DNA from: Aliidongia sp. | GTDB lineage: Bacteria > Pseudomonadota > Alphaproteobacteria > ATCC43930 > CGMCC-115725 | Reading direction: 5' to 3' | DNA: 64,000 nt | NCBI GenBank assembly: GCA_036821645.1 | Contig: DAISJD010000001.1 | Span: 1,700 to 65,699 of the forward strand | Shown here: piece after piece, positions 10,539 through 20,608 of the stretch | Position numbering within the stretch: the first letter of the stretch is position 1 | Layout of the letters: the number at the start of each line of letters is the position of its first letter | Program-made: the position numbers and the translations under genes | Notes under the pieces: model-generated | Databases searched by the model: none | Seen by the model: only the letters and a program-made list of their open reading frames with translations | Told to the model about the DNA's origin: nothing

Positions 10539-11408
10539 CTGAAACAGGTTATTTTCTCGGCTGACGATTTCGGCCTCGATCTTGCCGTGAACGCGGCGAT
10601 CGAGGCCGCCCATACGCAGGGGGTGCTGACCAGCGCCAGCCTGATGATGGGGGAGGCTGCGACCGCCGATGCCATCGCACGGGCGCGGCGCTTGCCGGAC
10701 CTCAAGGTCGGTTTGCATCTTGCCCTCATCGAGGCCAATCCCATTTCCGCGCGCGAGGCGATACCCGGTCTCATCGGACAGGATGGGCGTTTTCCGAGCG
10801 CCATGGTGCGGGCCGGGTTTCGGTTTTTCTTTCTGCCTCAGATCCGCGCCCAGTTGGCCCGTGAAATTCGCGCTCAATTTAGCCTGTTTGCGGCAACCGG
10901 TCTGCCGCTCGACCATGTCAATACCCATAAGCATATCCACCTTCATCCGACCGTCGCCCGGCTCATCCTCGATATCGGGCAGGAATTCGGCTTGAAGGCA
11001 ATGCGGATCCCCTATGAACCCCACGGACCGATTGCGGCTGCGACCGGGGGTCCAGCGGCAGCCGGTTTTGGAGACGCGGCCCTGCGCCTCTGGACGCGGC
11101 AATTGCGGGCGGCGGTACGCAAACGCGGCCTCGTCGCCAACGATCAGGTATTCGGTCTTGCCTGGTCGGGGGCGATGGACGAAGAAAAACTCCTTGCCCT
11201 CATTCCCCATCTGCCCAACGGGGTAAGCGAGATTTATTTCCATCCGGCAACGACCCTCACCCCCGGCTTGGCCCAAACCATGCCGACATATCATCATGCC
11301 GATGAATTGGCCGCCCTCATCAGCCCCCGTGTCAAAGAATCCCTTGCAGCCAACGGGATCGCCCGCACCAGTTTCACGGATCTGGCCCTGGCCGCGAGCG
11401 GCCGATGA
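10539..11408 (+). CDS. hpnK: hopanoid-associated YdjC-like protein HpnK (putative deacetylase)
   Basis: The ORF-track start (GTG 10587) cuts off the in-frame conserved YdjC N-terminus (...VIFSADDFGL). Start placed near CTG 10539, right after the hpnJ stop. Start position is uncertain. Confidence 0.6.
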   Translation: MKQVIFSADDFGLDLAVNAAIEAAHTQGVLTSASLMMGEAATADAIARARRLPDLKVGLHLALIEANPISAREAIPGLIGQDGRFPSAMVRAGFRFFFLPQIRAQLAREIRAQFSLFAATGLPLDHVNTHKHIHLHPTVARLILDIGQEFGLKAMRIPYEPHGPIAAATGGPAAAGFGDAALRLWTRQLRAAVRKRGLVANDQVFGLAWSGAMDEEKLLALIPHLPNGVSEIYFHPATTLTPGLAQTMPTYHHADELAALISPRVKESLAANGIARTSFTDLALAASGR

Positions 11409-12388
11409 TTCCAACCGTCCTCATCTTCGGGCTTGGCGGTCTCCTTCTGCTGGTCGGCCTCTTCGTCGCGCAGGACATGTCTCTCGTCTTGTCAACCTTG
11501 GCCGAAGGCGGTTTCGGCTTGATCGGGGCCAGTCTGTTTCACACGGTGCCGATGATCGTCAATGCCGAGGCGTGGCGTTTACTGTTCGTCAGCGGCCGCC
11601 CGTCCCTGCCCCGGATGGTCTATGCTGTGTGGATCCGGGAATCCGTGAACGGTCTATTGCCGGTTGCCCGGATCGGGGGAGAGGTCGTCTCCTATCGCCT
11701 TTTGGTGCAGCGTGGGCTCAGTGCCGCCACGGTCGCGGCCAGTCTGATCACCGATATTACCTTATCCATGGTCAGCCAATTTCTCTTCACGATCACGGGC
11801 CTCGTCCTCTTGCTGCTGCGGCTCGACGATGCCGCCATTGTGTGGCGCATCGGGCTTGGCCTGCTTACCGTTGTGCCGCTTTTGGCGCTGTTTTATGTCG
11901 TTCAACAGGTCGGCATCGTCGCGATCGGTGCAAAACTCGTCGCCACCCTCTTCGGCAATCATTGGGGCGATCTCGTCGGCAATGCTGGGCGGCTCGATCG
12001 CATGATCCGCGTGACATACCGCCGTCCCGGTCGGGTTGTCGGAAGTGTGTTTTGGCAATTTGTCGGCTGGATGCTGGGCACGGGTGAAATCTGGTTCGCC
12101 CTGTCGGCCATGGGACGGACGATCTCGCTTTATGACGCGTGCTTGCTAGAATCCGTGGCGCAGGCGATCAGTTCCGCAGCCTTTCTGGTGCCCGGTGCCG
12201 TCGGCGTTCAAGAAGGCGGCTTCGTCCTGTTCGGCAGTCTTTTGGGCCTCGCCCCCGAAACGGCGCTTGCCATGGCGCTTGCCCGGCGCATCCGCGATCT
12301 CGTCATCTTCCTGCCCGGCCTTTTGTGCTGGCAGGTGGGTGAAATGCGCCATCAACTGCGACGCAGGATTTTAAAAGGCAGGGCATAA
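11405..12388 (+). CDS. hpnL: HpnL-like flippase-like membrane protein (lysyl-PG synthase TM region family)
   Basis: 327 aa polytopic membrane protein. ATGA overlap with the hpnK stop. Assignment rests on position after hpnIJK and on membrane topology. Confidence 0.5.
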   Translation: MIPTVLIFGLGGLLLLVGLFVAQDMSLVLSTLAEGGFGLIGASLFHTVPMIVNAEAWRLLFVSGRPSLPRMVYAVWIRESVNGLLPVARIGGEVVSYRLLVQRGLSAATVAASLITDITLSMVSQFLFTITGLVLLLLRLDDAAIVWRIGLGLLTVVPLLALFYVVQQVGIVAIGAKLVATLFGNHWGDLVGNAGRLDRMIRVTYRRPGRVVGSVFWQFVGWMLGTGEIWFALSAMGRTISLYDACLLESVAQAISSAAFLVPGAVGVQEGGFVLFGSLLGLAPETALAMALARRIRDLVIFLPGLLCWQVGEMRHQLRRRILKGRA

Positions 12389-12597
12389 TCGCCCAGATCT
12401 GGTGCCGTCCCTGGCCGTGTACGGGGGTGGCGATCGGAAAATGCCGCAAGGGTGCTTGTCGGCACGTCGGTTGCGCCCTATGTCCCTTGTCAGTGGCTGA
12501 ATCGGGCGATCGTATCGGGGGTTACGCCAAGGCGAACCCGCGATCGAATGCCCGACCATGCCAGGATCACCCACCCGCACAAGAGAGCCCCAGACTG

Positions 12598-13296
12598 ATG
12601 TACGATCTCTATTATTGGCCGACCCCCAATGGCCACAAGATCACGATGTTCCTCGAAGAAGTGGGTGCCCCTTACACGATCAAGCCGGTCAATATCGGCA
12701 AGGGCGAGCAATTCGAGCCGGACTTCCTGAAAATTTCCCCCAACAACCGGATGCCGGCCCTGGTCGACCATGCCCCGGCCGACGGCAGTGCGCCACTGTC
12801 CATTTTTGAATCCGGGGCGATTCTACTGTATCTCGCCGAAAAAACCGGCCGGTTCATCCCAAGCGACCTTCATGGTCGCGCCGAGGTTCTGCAATGGTTG
12901 TTCTGGCAAATGGGGGGGCTTGGCCCGATGTTGGGCCAAAATCACCATTTCACCCAATATGCCCCAGAACCGATTCCCTATGCCATTGACCGCTACGTCA
13001 AGGAAACGGCCCGGCTTTACGGCGTCCTCAATCGCCGCCTTGCCGATCGGGAATTCGTGGCCGGTGCCTATTCGATCGCCGATATGGCAGCCTATCCCTG
13101 GATCGTTCTCTATGAGCGCCAACGCCAGGATCTCAACGATTTTCCCCATGTCAAACGCTGGCACGACACGATCGCGGCCATGCCCGCAACCATCCGGGCT
13201 TATGCCAAGGGCAAAGAGGTCAGCACTGCATCGACCATGAGCGAAGAGGCCAAGAAAGTCCTGTTCGGCCAAGGGGCCGAGTTGCCGAAACGCTGA
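12598..13296 (+). CDS. glutathione S-transferase, YfcG-like (Nu class)
   Basis: MYDLYYWPTPNGHKITMFLEEVG...GKGEQFEPDFLKISPNNRMPALVDH closely parallels the E. coli YfcG N-terminus. ORF trimmed to ATG 12598. Confidence 0.75.
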   Translation: MYDLYYWPTPNGHKITMFLEEVGAPYTIKPVNIGKGEQFEPDFLKISPNNRMPALVDHAPADGSAPLSIFESGAILLYLAEKTGRFIPSDLHGRAEVLQWLFWQMGGLGPMLGQNHHFTQYAPEPIPYAIDRYVKETARLYGVLNRRLADREFVAGAYSIADMAAYPWIVLYERQRQDLNDFPHVKRWHDTIAAMPATIRAYAKGKEVSTASTMSEEAKKVLFGQGAELPKR

Positions 13297-13359
13297 CAAG
13301 GGGGGCATACCCCGCACGGCATTGCCCCCGGCTCTTCTGTGATCCCAAGGGCAATGCCG

Positions 13360-15528
13360 TCAAAAATCCACACCGATTGCACCGAAAACCCCCCGCCGCG
13401 CACCGAATTGCGGGGCACCCACCCCAACACCGGTCCCATCGCGGATTTCATAACGCGCATCGAACAGGTTTGCGACATCGAGGCGCAGGGTCAACCGATC
13501 GCCCTCGCCACCGCCCTCGCCACTGCCCTTGCCACTGCCAAGATCGGCGACGCGCAGTTTTTGCACCAAAGACAGATTGACCACCGTATAATCCGGCAAG
13601 GCGCGACCGTTGGGCGTCGTCCCATCGGCGCGCAGGCCGCTGCCATGGAGAAGATCGCCCGACAGAGTGAGATCGCCCCACCGATAGCTGACCCCGGTCG
13701 ATAGGGTGACGATCTGATCATGATCGAGGGGGATGCGACGGGCCGCGATGACGGCAAGATCGCCCGGATCGACATTAAATTCACTGGACACGATCCGACG
13801 TCCCGTGGCCCGTGCTACGGCCAGATTGACAAAGCCACCGAACGGGCCTTCGGTATAATTCACCACCGTTTCGAGCCCTTTTTGCGTGCCATGGGCGTAA
13901 TTGAAGGCGGTCAGGATAATCGGTGCACCGAACTGGCCCTCGTCGATCAGGTTGCGGGATTTCTTGAGGTAAGCGTCAAGTCCCACGGTAAGACCGGGAA
14001 TGACCGTTCGGGTGATCCCAAGATCGATATAATCGGCCCGTTCGGCCTTGGGCTGATGATTGATCAACGACAGCGGGGCGGCCGTCGTTCCCACAAACTT
14101 TTGGATGCTGGTATTGGCGATCAACGCGAACGGCGGCGGGGTAAAATACCGCGCATAACCGGCATGGATCGTGGTGACGGCATCCGGCGTATAGACCAGA
14201 GAGGCCCGGGGGCTGAAGGCCCGATCATGAATGAATTGATCGACGAGATCATAGCGCGCCCCACCATTGAGCGTGATCGCGTCCGTCAGTTTGACTGAAT
14301 CCTGACCATAAACCCCATAGGTAAATCCGGTCTTCGCACTTTCATCCAAGATCGCCTGCGGCCGGTCGCTGGTTTGTTGACCCTGAGCGTCAACCGGCAA
14401 AACCTGGGCCAGGGTTCGCCCAGTGGCCCGGTCCCCTTCGGCAAGGAAACCAAAGCGCGCAGTATGGCGATCCCCCAGTTTCACACTGCCATCGAGTTGC
14501 GCGCCTGCCGCGACCGATCGGCGATAGGCGTCTTCTGCAATACCGGTAAACAGCAGGTCGCCCAACCGATCTGGACGAAACTGCAAACTCGACAAGCGCC
14601 CGAAGACGGATGCCTGAAGATCGAGTGTTCCGCGCGTCAGAATATAACTCACGGCACCGAAATCCGTGATCTCCTTTTGGGTTTCGCGCAACGCATCGCT
14701 GGTAAAATTTTGCATCCCCTTCACGGCCACCCCCATCATCGGCTGGAGGCCGGACCGATTAGGGATCTCAAAGGCATTGCGCGATACACCCAAAATCAGC
14801 GAAAGCCTGCTATCGGCATCCAACCCATGGTCAAGCAGTAAGAAGCCCTGCCCCTGGCGGCTTTGGTCATGGAGCGGAACGGTGCGCCCATCGGGCGATT
14901 CAAGGCCGAGCCCCGTATCCTTCACGGTCCCGCTCAGAAAATAGCCCGTACCGCCGATCATGCCGCCCACCTCGGCCGCGATCTGGCGGTCGTCCGGCCC
15001 GCCCGCCCGCACCGTCAGGTTCCCGCCTTGGTCGAACGCCCCTTCCTTGGTCGTGATATCCACGATCCCCGCCGTGCGCAGTCCATATTGCGCCGGCAAG
15101 GCCCCGGTGATGAGATCGATTTTATCGGCAAGCCGCGGCGATAAGGCCTGGCCGAACCCGCTGATCCCTTCGGGCAGGATGATCCCGTTCAAGCGAAATT
15201 GCAGATTGGCATGTTCGCCGCGCACATGGAGTTGGCCGAAGGAATCGCCCGCCACCCCCGGCAAGCGCTGCAAAGTTTGATTGAGCGGCGCATCGACCCC
15301 ACCGGGAACCGCCGCGATGGCCGCTTGATCGAGCCGATTGATCGTCGCCCCCAACGGGGGTTGCACGGCCTGCCGGGCGGCCCGCACCCGAGCCCCCGTA
15401 ACCTCGATCACCTCAACCTGGACCGGTGGGGGAGCCAGCCCCTCGGCATCCCTTACCGTTTGGGCGGAGAGCGGCCTGCCGATCCCCAGGGAACCCATCG
15501 CCAGAACCACCATCAGTGCGAAACGCAT
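13360..15528 (-). CDS. TonB-dependent outer-membrane receptor
   Basis: 722 aa. Signal peptide, a plug region, long beta-barrel-like alternating sequence, and a C-terminal aromatic residue (...GAIGVDF). Confidence 0.85.
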   Translation of the reverse strand: MRFALMVVLAMGSLGIGRPLSAQTVRDAEGLAPPPVQVEVIEVTGARVRAARQAVQPPLGATINRLDQAAIAAVPGGVDAPLNQTLQRLPGVAGDSFGQLHVRGEHANLQFRLNGIILPEGISGFGQALSPRLADKIDLITGALPAQYGLRTAGIVDITTKEGAFDQGGNLTVRAGGPDDRQIAAEVGGMIGGTGYFLSGTVKDTGLGLESPDGRTVPLHDQSRQGQGFLLLDHGLDADSRLSLILGVSRNAFEIPNRSGLQPMMGVAVKGMQNFTSDALRETQKEITDFGAVSYILTRGTLDLQASVFGRLSSLQFRPDRLGDLLFTGIAEDAYRRSVAAGAQLDGSVKLGDRHTARFGFLAEGDRATGRTLAQVLPVDAQGQQTSDRPQAILDESAKTGFTYGVYGQDSVKLTDAITLNGGARYDLVDQFIHDRAFSPRASLVYTPDAVTTIHAGYARYFTPPPFALIANTSIQKFVGTTAAPLSLINHQPKAERADYIDLGITRTVIPGLTVGLDAYLKKSRNLIDEGQFGAPIILTAFNYAHGTQKGLETVVNYTEGPFGGFVNLAVARATGRRIVSSEFNVDPGDLAVIAARRIPLDHDQIVTLSTGVSYRWGDLTLSGDLLHGSGLRADGTTPNGRALPDYTVVNLSLVQKLRVADLGSGKGSGEGGGEGDRLTLRLDVANLFDARYEIRDGTGVGVGAPQFGARRGVFGAIGVDF

Positions 15529-15543
15529 CGCCGGACCTATTTT

Positions 15544-15608
15544 ATGTTATAACATATCTTTTTTATAAAGAGGCCAATGCGCTTCGTAAAGAAAAAATGT
15601 TATAACAT
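15544..15608. promoter_or_regulatory. two copies of the perfect palindrome ATGTTATAACAT (Zur-box-like operators) upstream of the TonB-dependent receptor
   Basis: Exact 12-bp palindromes at 15544-15555 and 15597-15608. They lie 16 and 69 nt upstream of the receptor ATG (15528) in an AT-rich intergenic region. Confidence 0.4.
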
Positions 15609-15733
15609 TACATTTTGGTCGAAAAAATATTCCCCGGCATCCTCGCGACAAGAAGGCGCTGATGCCGGGGAATGATGATCCGCACGCCCCCACGTGCGGA
15701 TCAAGCGCGGATCAAGCCAAGAGCCAGAGATGG

Positions 15734-16963
15734 TTAAAAGGACAGGGTGAGATCGGCGGCGAAGGTCAGTTGATCCGACCGCTTGCCGTCGATAAACGGC
15801 CGACTATTGCCGAAGGCATGGTCGTAACGCACCTCGGGCCGGAACACCGCCCCCGACAATAACCCGCCCAAATCGGGCTTCAGGGTAGACCCAAGCGTCA
15901 AGGCCCCATAGGTCGTCTTGCCGCCGCCCGTCACCTTGGCGGGAAACCCGCGCTCTGCATTGACCGGATCGAGCGGTCCTGCGAAGGACGAGACGAAAAA
16001 CCCGTTATCGTCCCGGAACACCTCTGCGCGCGCCCCAAGCGTCACCGTGTCGTTCAGCGTATAAAGGGCATATTGGGCAATGCCGATCCCTTGGGCCTTG
16101 AACCCATCATCCTTGATGTAATTGACTTCGGTCGTAAACGCCAAGGAATCGGTCGGCTTATAGGTGGCATAGATATCGCTGATCGTGCGTGCGGCACTAT
16201 TGACCCGCACACCGGGTGTGCCCGTAGGATTTTCCGGGCCGATATGGGCAAGTGCCAGAACGGTCAATTTGCCGTCCAACAACCCGTTCAGACCGAGCCC
16301 GCCGATGAAGGCGGGGGCTCCGTTATTGTCGCCCCTGCCGATCGAGGTATTCACCCCCGTATCGCCGCCCAGATAAAGGTCGAGCGTATCGTTGACATGG
16401 GCGGTGATGAGGCCGCCCGTATGTTTGAAGGGCAAGCCGAAATTGAAGATATAGGTATGGGAATAAAACGGGTTGCCGGTTGAATCGATGACTTCGAAAC
16501 CAAGCGGCGTTGCGTATTGACCAAGCTTCACATCGATCCCGCCCGCCGTCAGATAGGGCAGATGGACCTGAAGATTGGCTTCGACGATGTCCAATTGATG
16601 GCGATCATGGATCGAACGATCGAACTCGTTCAGAAAATGGGTAAACCGCGCGTCTGAACCGTAAAACCCTTGAAGCTTGAACCCGGCATCGATGCGATCC
16701 ACCGTTGAATCGATCGGACGTTCCAACGTGACCAGCGCTTGATTCAACAAAAGCTGACTTGACGCATCGGTGAATAATTGGCCGAAATTCTTGCGATTGT
16801 CCGGCGCATCCGTGTTGACGGTGAGGCCGATCTCGACATGGCCGGAAAACTTCACCCCTTCGAAAAACCCAACTGGGCTCTGCTTTTCTTCAGCATGAGC
16901 GACCGAGACCGATCCCAGGGCCATCATCATCGTGACAAAACTGGTTCGGTATACCGCAGTCAT
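15734..16963 (-). CDS. outer-membrane beta-barrel protein (OmpL-like porin family, tentative)
   Basis: Signal peptide ...SVSVAHAEE, alternating beta-strand pattern, C-terminal ...DLTLSF. ORF trimmed to ATG 16963. Confidence 0.5.
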   Translation of the reverse strand: MTAVYRTSFVTMMMALGSVSVAHAEEKQSPVGFFEGVKFSGHVEIGLTVNTDAPDNRKNFGQLFTDASSQLLLNQALVTLERPIDSTVDRIDAGFKLQGFYGSDARFTHFLNEFDRSIHDRHQLDIVEANLQVHLPYLTAGGIDVKLGQYATPLGFEVIDSTGNPFYSHTYIFNFGLPFKHTGGLITAHVNDTLDLYLGGDTGVNTSIGRGDNNGAPAFIGGLGLNGLLDGKLTVLALAHIGPENPTGTPGVRVNSAARTISDIYATYKPTDSLAFTTEVNYIKDDGFKAQGIGIAQYALYTLNDTVTLGARAEVFRDDNGFFVSSFAGPLDPVNAERGFPAKVTGGGKTTYGALTLGSTLKPDLGGLLSGAVFRPEVRYDHAFGNSRPFIDGKRSDQLTFAADLTLSF

Positions 16964-17169
16964 CGATAGCATTTCTTCTCTCCAGCCCGTCATGACGTTG
17001 CTTGGGATCGTCACACCCTTGCCGCAGATCTCTATTCAAGACCCGTGCCGGACAATAACCATGTCGGCTCAATCGTGATGACAGAAGCAATTACTCGGTT
17101 GCACCTGCGAAATACGCGGCAACGATTAGCGCGCCACGGGCAATGACGCACATAACCACCGACCAAATA

Positions 17170-19119
17170 TCAGGCAATTGCGTCAACAACAGGCAAATGA
17201 AGGCGCCATGCCCGATACATCAACACGCACCAAAGAGGATATTGACCATTCACCGTGCCAGAGAGATGGGCCGCCCAGAGCGCCCTGATCGGTGTCGGAT
17301 CGAACCCCTCATCTTCGAGTGCGTGCGTCTCAAGCAGGCTTTCGGCCCAATCACGCAAATCATGCCGTAACCATCGGTCGATCGGCACACCAAAGCCCAT
17401 CTTAGGACGATTGACGAGATCATTCGGCACATATCTGGCGAGTACCTGACGCAATAGCCATTTACTATCGCCGCGCCTAATCTTCATCGCCATCGGCAAA
17501 CTGAGCGCAAAGGCCACCACACGATGGTCCAAGAGCGGTACGCGCGCCTCAAGCCCGACCGCCATGCTGGCCCGGTCGACTTTGGTCAGAATATCCGACG
17601 GTAAATAGGTCAAGAGATCGACCATCTGCATCCGTTCGACCGGATCGGCAATCGAGGCTGCAAGCGCCCCCTCCCAAATCGGATCGACCGTTTCAACCAC
17701 CCCCGGCAGCAACAGGGCCGGGTCCGGCCATTGGCCGACCAATTGACGATAAAGCCGTTCGCCGCCGCCATGGCGCAGGAGATCGGCCAATTTATGGGCC
17801 CGATCGCCCGCTCGTTTCGGCCGGAACCGCGTGGGAATGGCCGCCGCCACGCCGTCCCACGATGCCGCAGGCACGGCCCTAAGCCCGCGCGCCAGAAATG
17901 CTCGCAGGCCCCCCGGCATCGCCTCGATCGCGGCCATGAGACGCCGCCCCTGCAGATAGCGGGTGTAACCGGCGAACAATTCATCCCCACCGTCGCCGGA
18001 GAGTGCAACGGTCACATGCCGACGCGCCAAAGCCGAGACGAGATAGGTTGGGATCTGCGATGAATCGGCAAAGGGCTCGTCATACCACCGGGGCAGATCG
18101 GCGATCACCGCCAGGGCCTCGGCCGGTTCCACGTAATGGGTATGGTGGGATGTGCCGAGATGCCGGGCAACCGCGGCAGCATGGGGGGCCTCGTCGAACC
18201 CCGCCTCGCGAAACCCGATGGAAAACGTCTCGACCGGGCGGGTACTCTCTGCCTGCATCAGGGCGACGACGGTCGAACTGTCGATGCCGCCCGATAAAAA
18301 CGCGCCGAGCGGAACATCCGCCACCATGCGGCGGCGCACCGCATCGCGCAACAACCCATCCAAATGGTCGATGGCAGCGGCATCGTCCAAGGTGCATCGA
18401 TGGGCCCGTCCTTCGGCACCGACCGCCAGCACCGACCAGAAACAGGTTTCGCGCATCCGCCCCGCCGGATCGATTTCAACGATAGAGCCCGGCTTGACTT
18501 GCTGAAGTTCCTGATAAATGGACTGAGGCCCCGGCACATACCCAAAGCGTAGATAAGCCGCCAGCGCCGAACGATCGATCGACCCCTGAAAGGCCGGGTG
18601 CGGCCGAAAGGTTTTCGGTTGCGAGCCGAACAGGATCGTGTCGCCCGCACGCCCGTAATAAAGCGGCTTGATCCCCAACCGATCGCGCGCAAGGGTCAGG
18701 GTTCGGGTTTCGCGATCGTAAAGGGCGATGGCAAACATCCCGATCAACCGTTCGACCGTTGCCGTCACACCATAGGCGGCGCAAGATTCCAGGATGACTT
18801 CGGTATCGGAATGGCCGCGAAACGCAATCCCCCCCACCGCGAGGGCCGGGCGGAGGTCGTCGGCATTGTAAACCTCGCCATTATAAACCATGACGAAACG
18901 GCCATTGGCCGACACCATCGGTTGACGGCCCGCAGGGCTGAGATCGACGATGGCCAGCCTGCGAAATCCAAGCGCCACACCCGCCGCCGCATCCACCCAA
19001 TGCTGCCCATCATCAGGGCCGCGATGGGCGATCAGATCCGCCATGGCACGGATGCGCGCGACCATCAGATCGCGTTCCGTCGCCCCTGCAAGATCGATAA
19101 ATCCGGTAAAGCCGCACAC
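17170..19119 (-). CDS. asnB: asparagine synthase (glutamine-hydrolysing), AsnB-like amidotransferase
   Basis: Begins MCGF (Ntn Cys2). SGGIDSS PP-loop motif. 649 aa. Confidence 0.85.
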   Translation of the reverse strand: MCGFTGFIDLAGATERDLMVARIRAMADLIAHRGPDDGQHWVDAAAGVALGFRRLAIVDLSPAGRQPMVSANGRFVMVYNGEVYNADDLRPALAVGGIAFRGHSDTEVILESCAAYGVTATVERLIGMFAIALYDRETRTLTLARDRLGIKPLYYGRAGDTILFGSQPKTFRPHPAFQGSIDRSALAAYLRFGYVPGPQSIYQELQQVKPGSIVEIDPAGRMRETCFWSVLAVGAEGRAHRCTLDDAAAIDHLDGLLRDAVRRRMVADVPLGAFLSGGIDSSTVVALMQAESTRPVETFSIGFREAGFDEAPHAAAVARHLGTSHHTHYVEPAEALAVIADLPRWYDEPFADSSQIPTYLVSALARRHVTVALSGDGGDELFAGYTRYLQGRRLMAAIEAMPGGLRAFLARGLRAVPAASWDGVAAAIPTRFRPKRAGDRAHKLADLLRHGGGERLYRQLVGQWPDPALLLPGVVETVDPIWEGALAASIADPVERMQMVDLLTYLPSDILTKVDRASMAVGLEARVPLLDHRVVAFALSLPMAMKIRRGDSKWLLRQVLARYVPNDLVNRPKMGFGVPIDRWLRHDLRDWAESLLETHALEDEGFDPTPIRALWAAHLSGTVNGQYPLWCVLMYRAWRLHLPVVDAIA

Positions 19120-19160
19120 GCGTGATCAACACCTTTCGCGCAAAAAAAACGCCCCCGCCC

Positions 19161-20324
19161 TCACACCGAGGCCGAACCGGCCAGCACCGCCAACAGCATC
19201 CGGCGGTTATCCTCGACCACCCGCTTTCTGTCAAACACCGTCTCGATCCGCGCCCGCGCACGCTGGCCCAGAGCCCGGCGATCCGCCTGCAACAAAGCGG
19301 CCCAGGCACGGGCCATGGCCACCGCATCCCCCGGCGGCACAAGGCACCCCGTATCGCCGATGATGCGGGCGCAATCGCCGACATCGGTTGCAACGACCGG
19401 CACGCCCGAGGCCATCGCCTCGGCCACGACATTGGGAAACCCTTCCCCCTCGTGAGAGCACAGGGTCAAAAGATCGAACCCGCGATAAACCGCCGTCATC
19501 GCCCCGCCATCGGTCACGCTGGTCGGATCGACCCATAAAAGAGATGGACGATCCCCTGCGACAAGACCCAAGGCCGCCGCCTGCGCGCGCAAGACGGCCT
19601 TACAGGCTGGCGGCCCATCGCCCACCACGACGAAACGCACCGCAGGATGGGTCCGGGCCAGCAGTGCGGCCGCCGCCAAAAAGACGTCGATCCCCTTCAT
19701 TGGATCAAGCCGCGCGACACAGCCGATCACCCCTCCATCCGGCACCCATTGCCAGGCGGCCCGATAAGGCGACGGCACATCCGAAGGGGCATAGACCCGA
19801 CAATCGATCAGATTGTCGATCACTGCGATGCGGTCCGGGGCGAAACCCCGCACCGTTATCGCCATGCGTCGCCCCGCTTCGGCATTGGCGACGATCCAAT
19901 CGGCATGGCGGGCACAATGGGTTTCCAAGCGATAGACCAATCGATGAGCCCAATCATAGCGCCGATAATCCAAGGAGGAACGCACCGCAAAAACCAACCG
20001 AAAGCGCGGCACAAGCGGCCTGATCAAGGTGCCGATCACCGTTTGCGTCGGCAAAAACCCATAGACGAGATCGGGCCGATACGACCAAAAAAAACGCAAG
20101 ATCCGCCAGAGCGGCCCCACGATATCGAAACGACCGCGTTTGGCGAGGCTGACATGACGCACGGCCCCACCCGCAATCTCGGGCACCGCATCGCCGTAAA
20201 GGGTCAAGATCACGATCTCGAACCCATCGCAAAGGGCCTCCGCCAAGGCTAAAACTTGCCGTTCCGCCCCACCGACCGTCAGCGCCCTGATGAATAAAAC
20301 GATTTTTGGCGGCACTTCTGCCAT
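19161..20324 (-). CDS. glycosyltransferase family 4
   Basis: N-terminus LTVGGAERQV. C-terminal EGFPNVVAEAMASGVPVVATDVG (GT4 E-x7-E region). Trimmed to ATG 20324. Confidence 0.75.
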   Translation of the reverse strand: MAEVPPKIVLFIRALTVGGAERQVLALAEALCDGFEIVILTLYGDAVPEIAGGAVRHVSLAKRGRFDIVGPLWRILRFFWSYRPDLVYGFLPTQTVIGTLIRPLVPRFRLVFAVRSSLDYRRYDWAHRLVYRLETHCARHADWIVANAEAGRRMAITVRGFAPDRIAVIDNLIDCRVYAPSDVPSPYRAAWQWVPDGGVIGCVARLDPMKGIDVFLAAAALLARTHPAVRFVVVGDGPPACKAVLRAQAAALGLVAGDRPSLLWVDPTSVTDGGAMTAVYRGFDLLTLCSHEGEGFPNVVAEAMASGVPVVATDVGDCARIIGDTGCLVPPGDAVAMARAWAALLQADRRALGQRARARIETVFDRKRVVEDNRRMLLAVLAGSASV

Positions 20325-20608
20325 AAAATCACCCAGATCTTGTCCTTGGATGTCCCACTCTCTTCTCGTGCCCGCAGATGGGGATATAGCAAACCAAACG
20401 GCCCGTATAGACATATCATGGGGAACCGACATCGGTTAATTCATAAAAACGAGATAACCAACTGGCAAAAATAAACTTTTACGCGTCATGACATGGGGAC
20501 ACCCCCATGATAAGTACAGCCGAACCAAAACAAGCGGCTGCCCCTTTTGGCGTTGGGACCGCCACCCAGCATGGACACACATTGCGCGATGCCTAATTCC
20601 AGGTCCAT

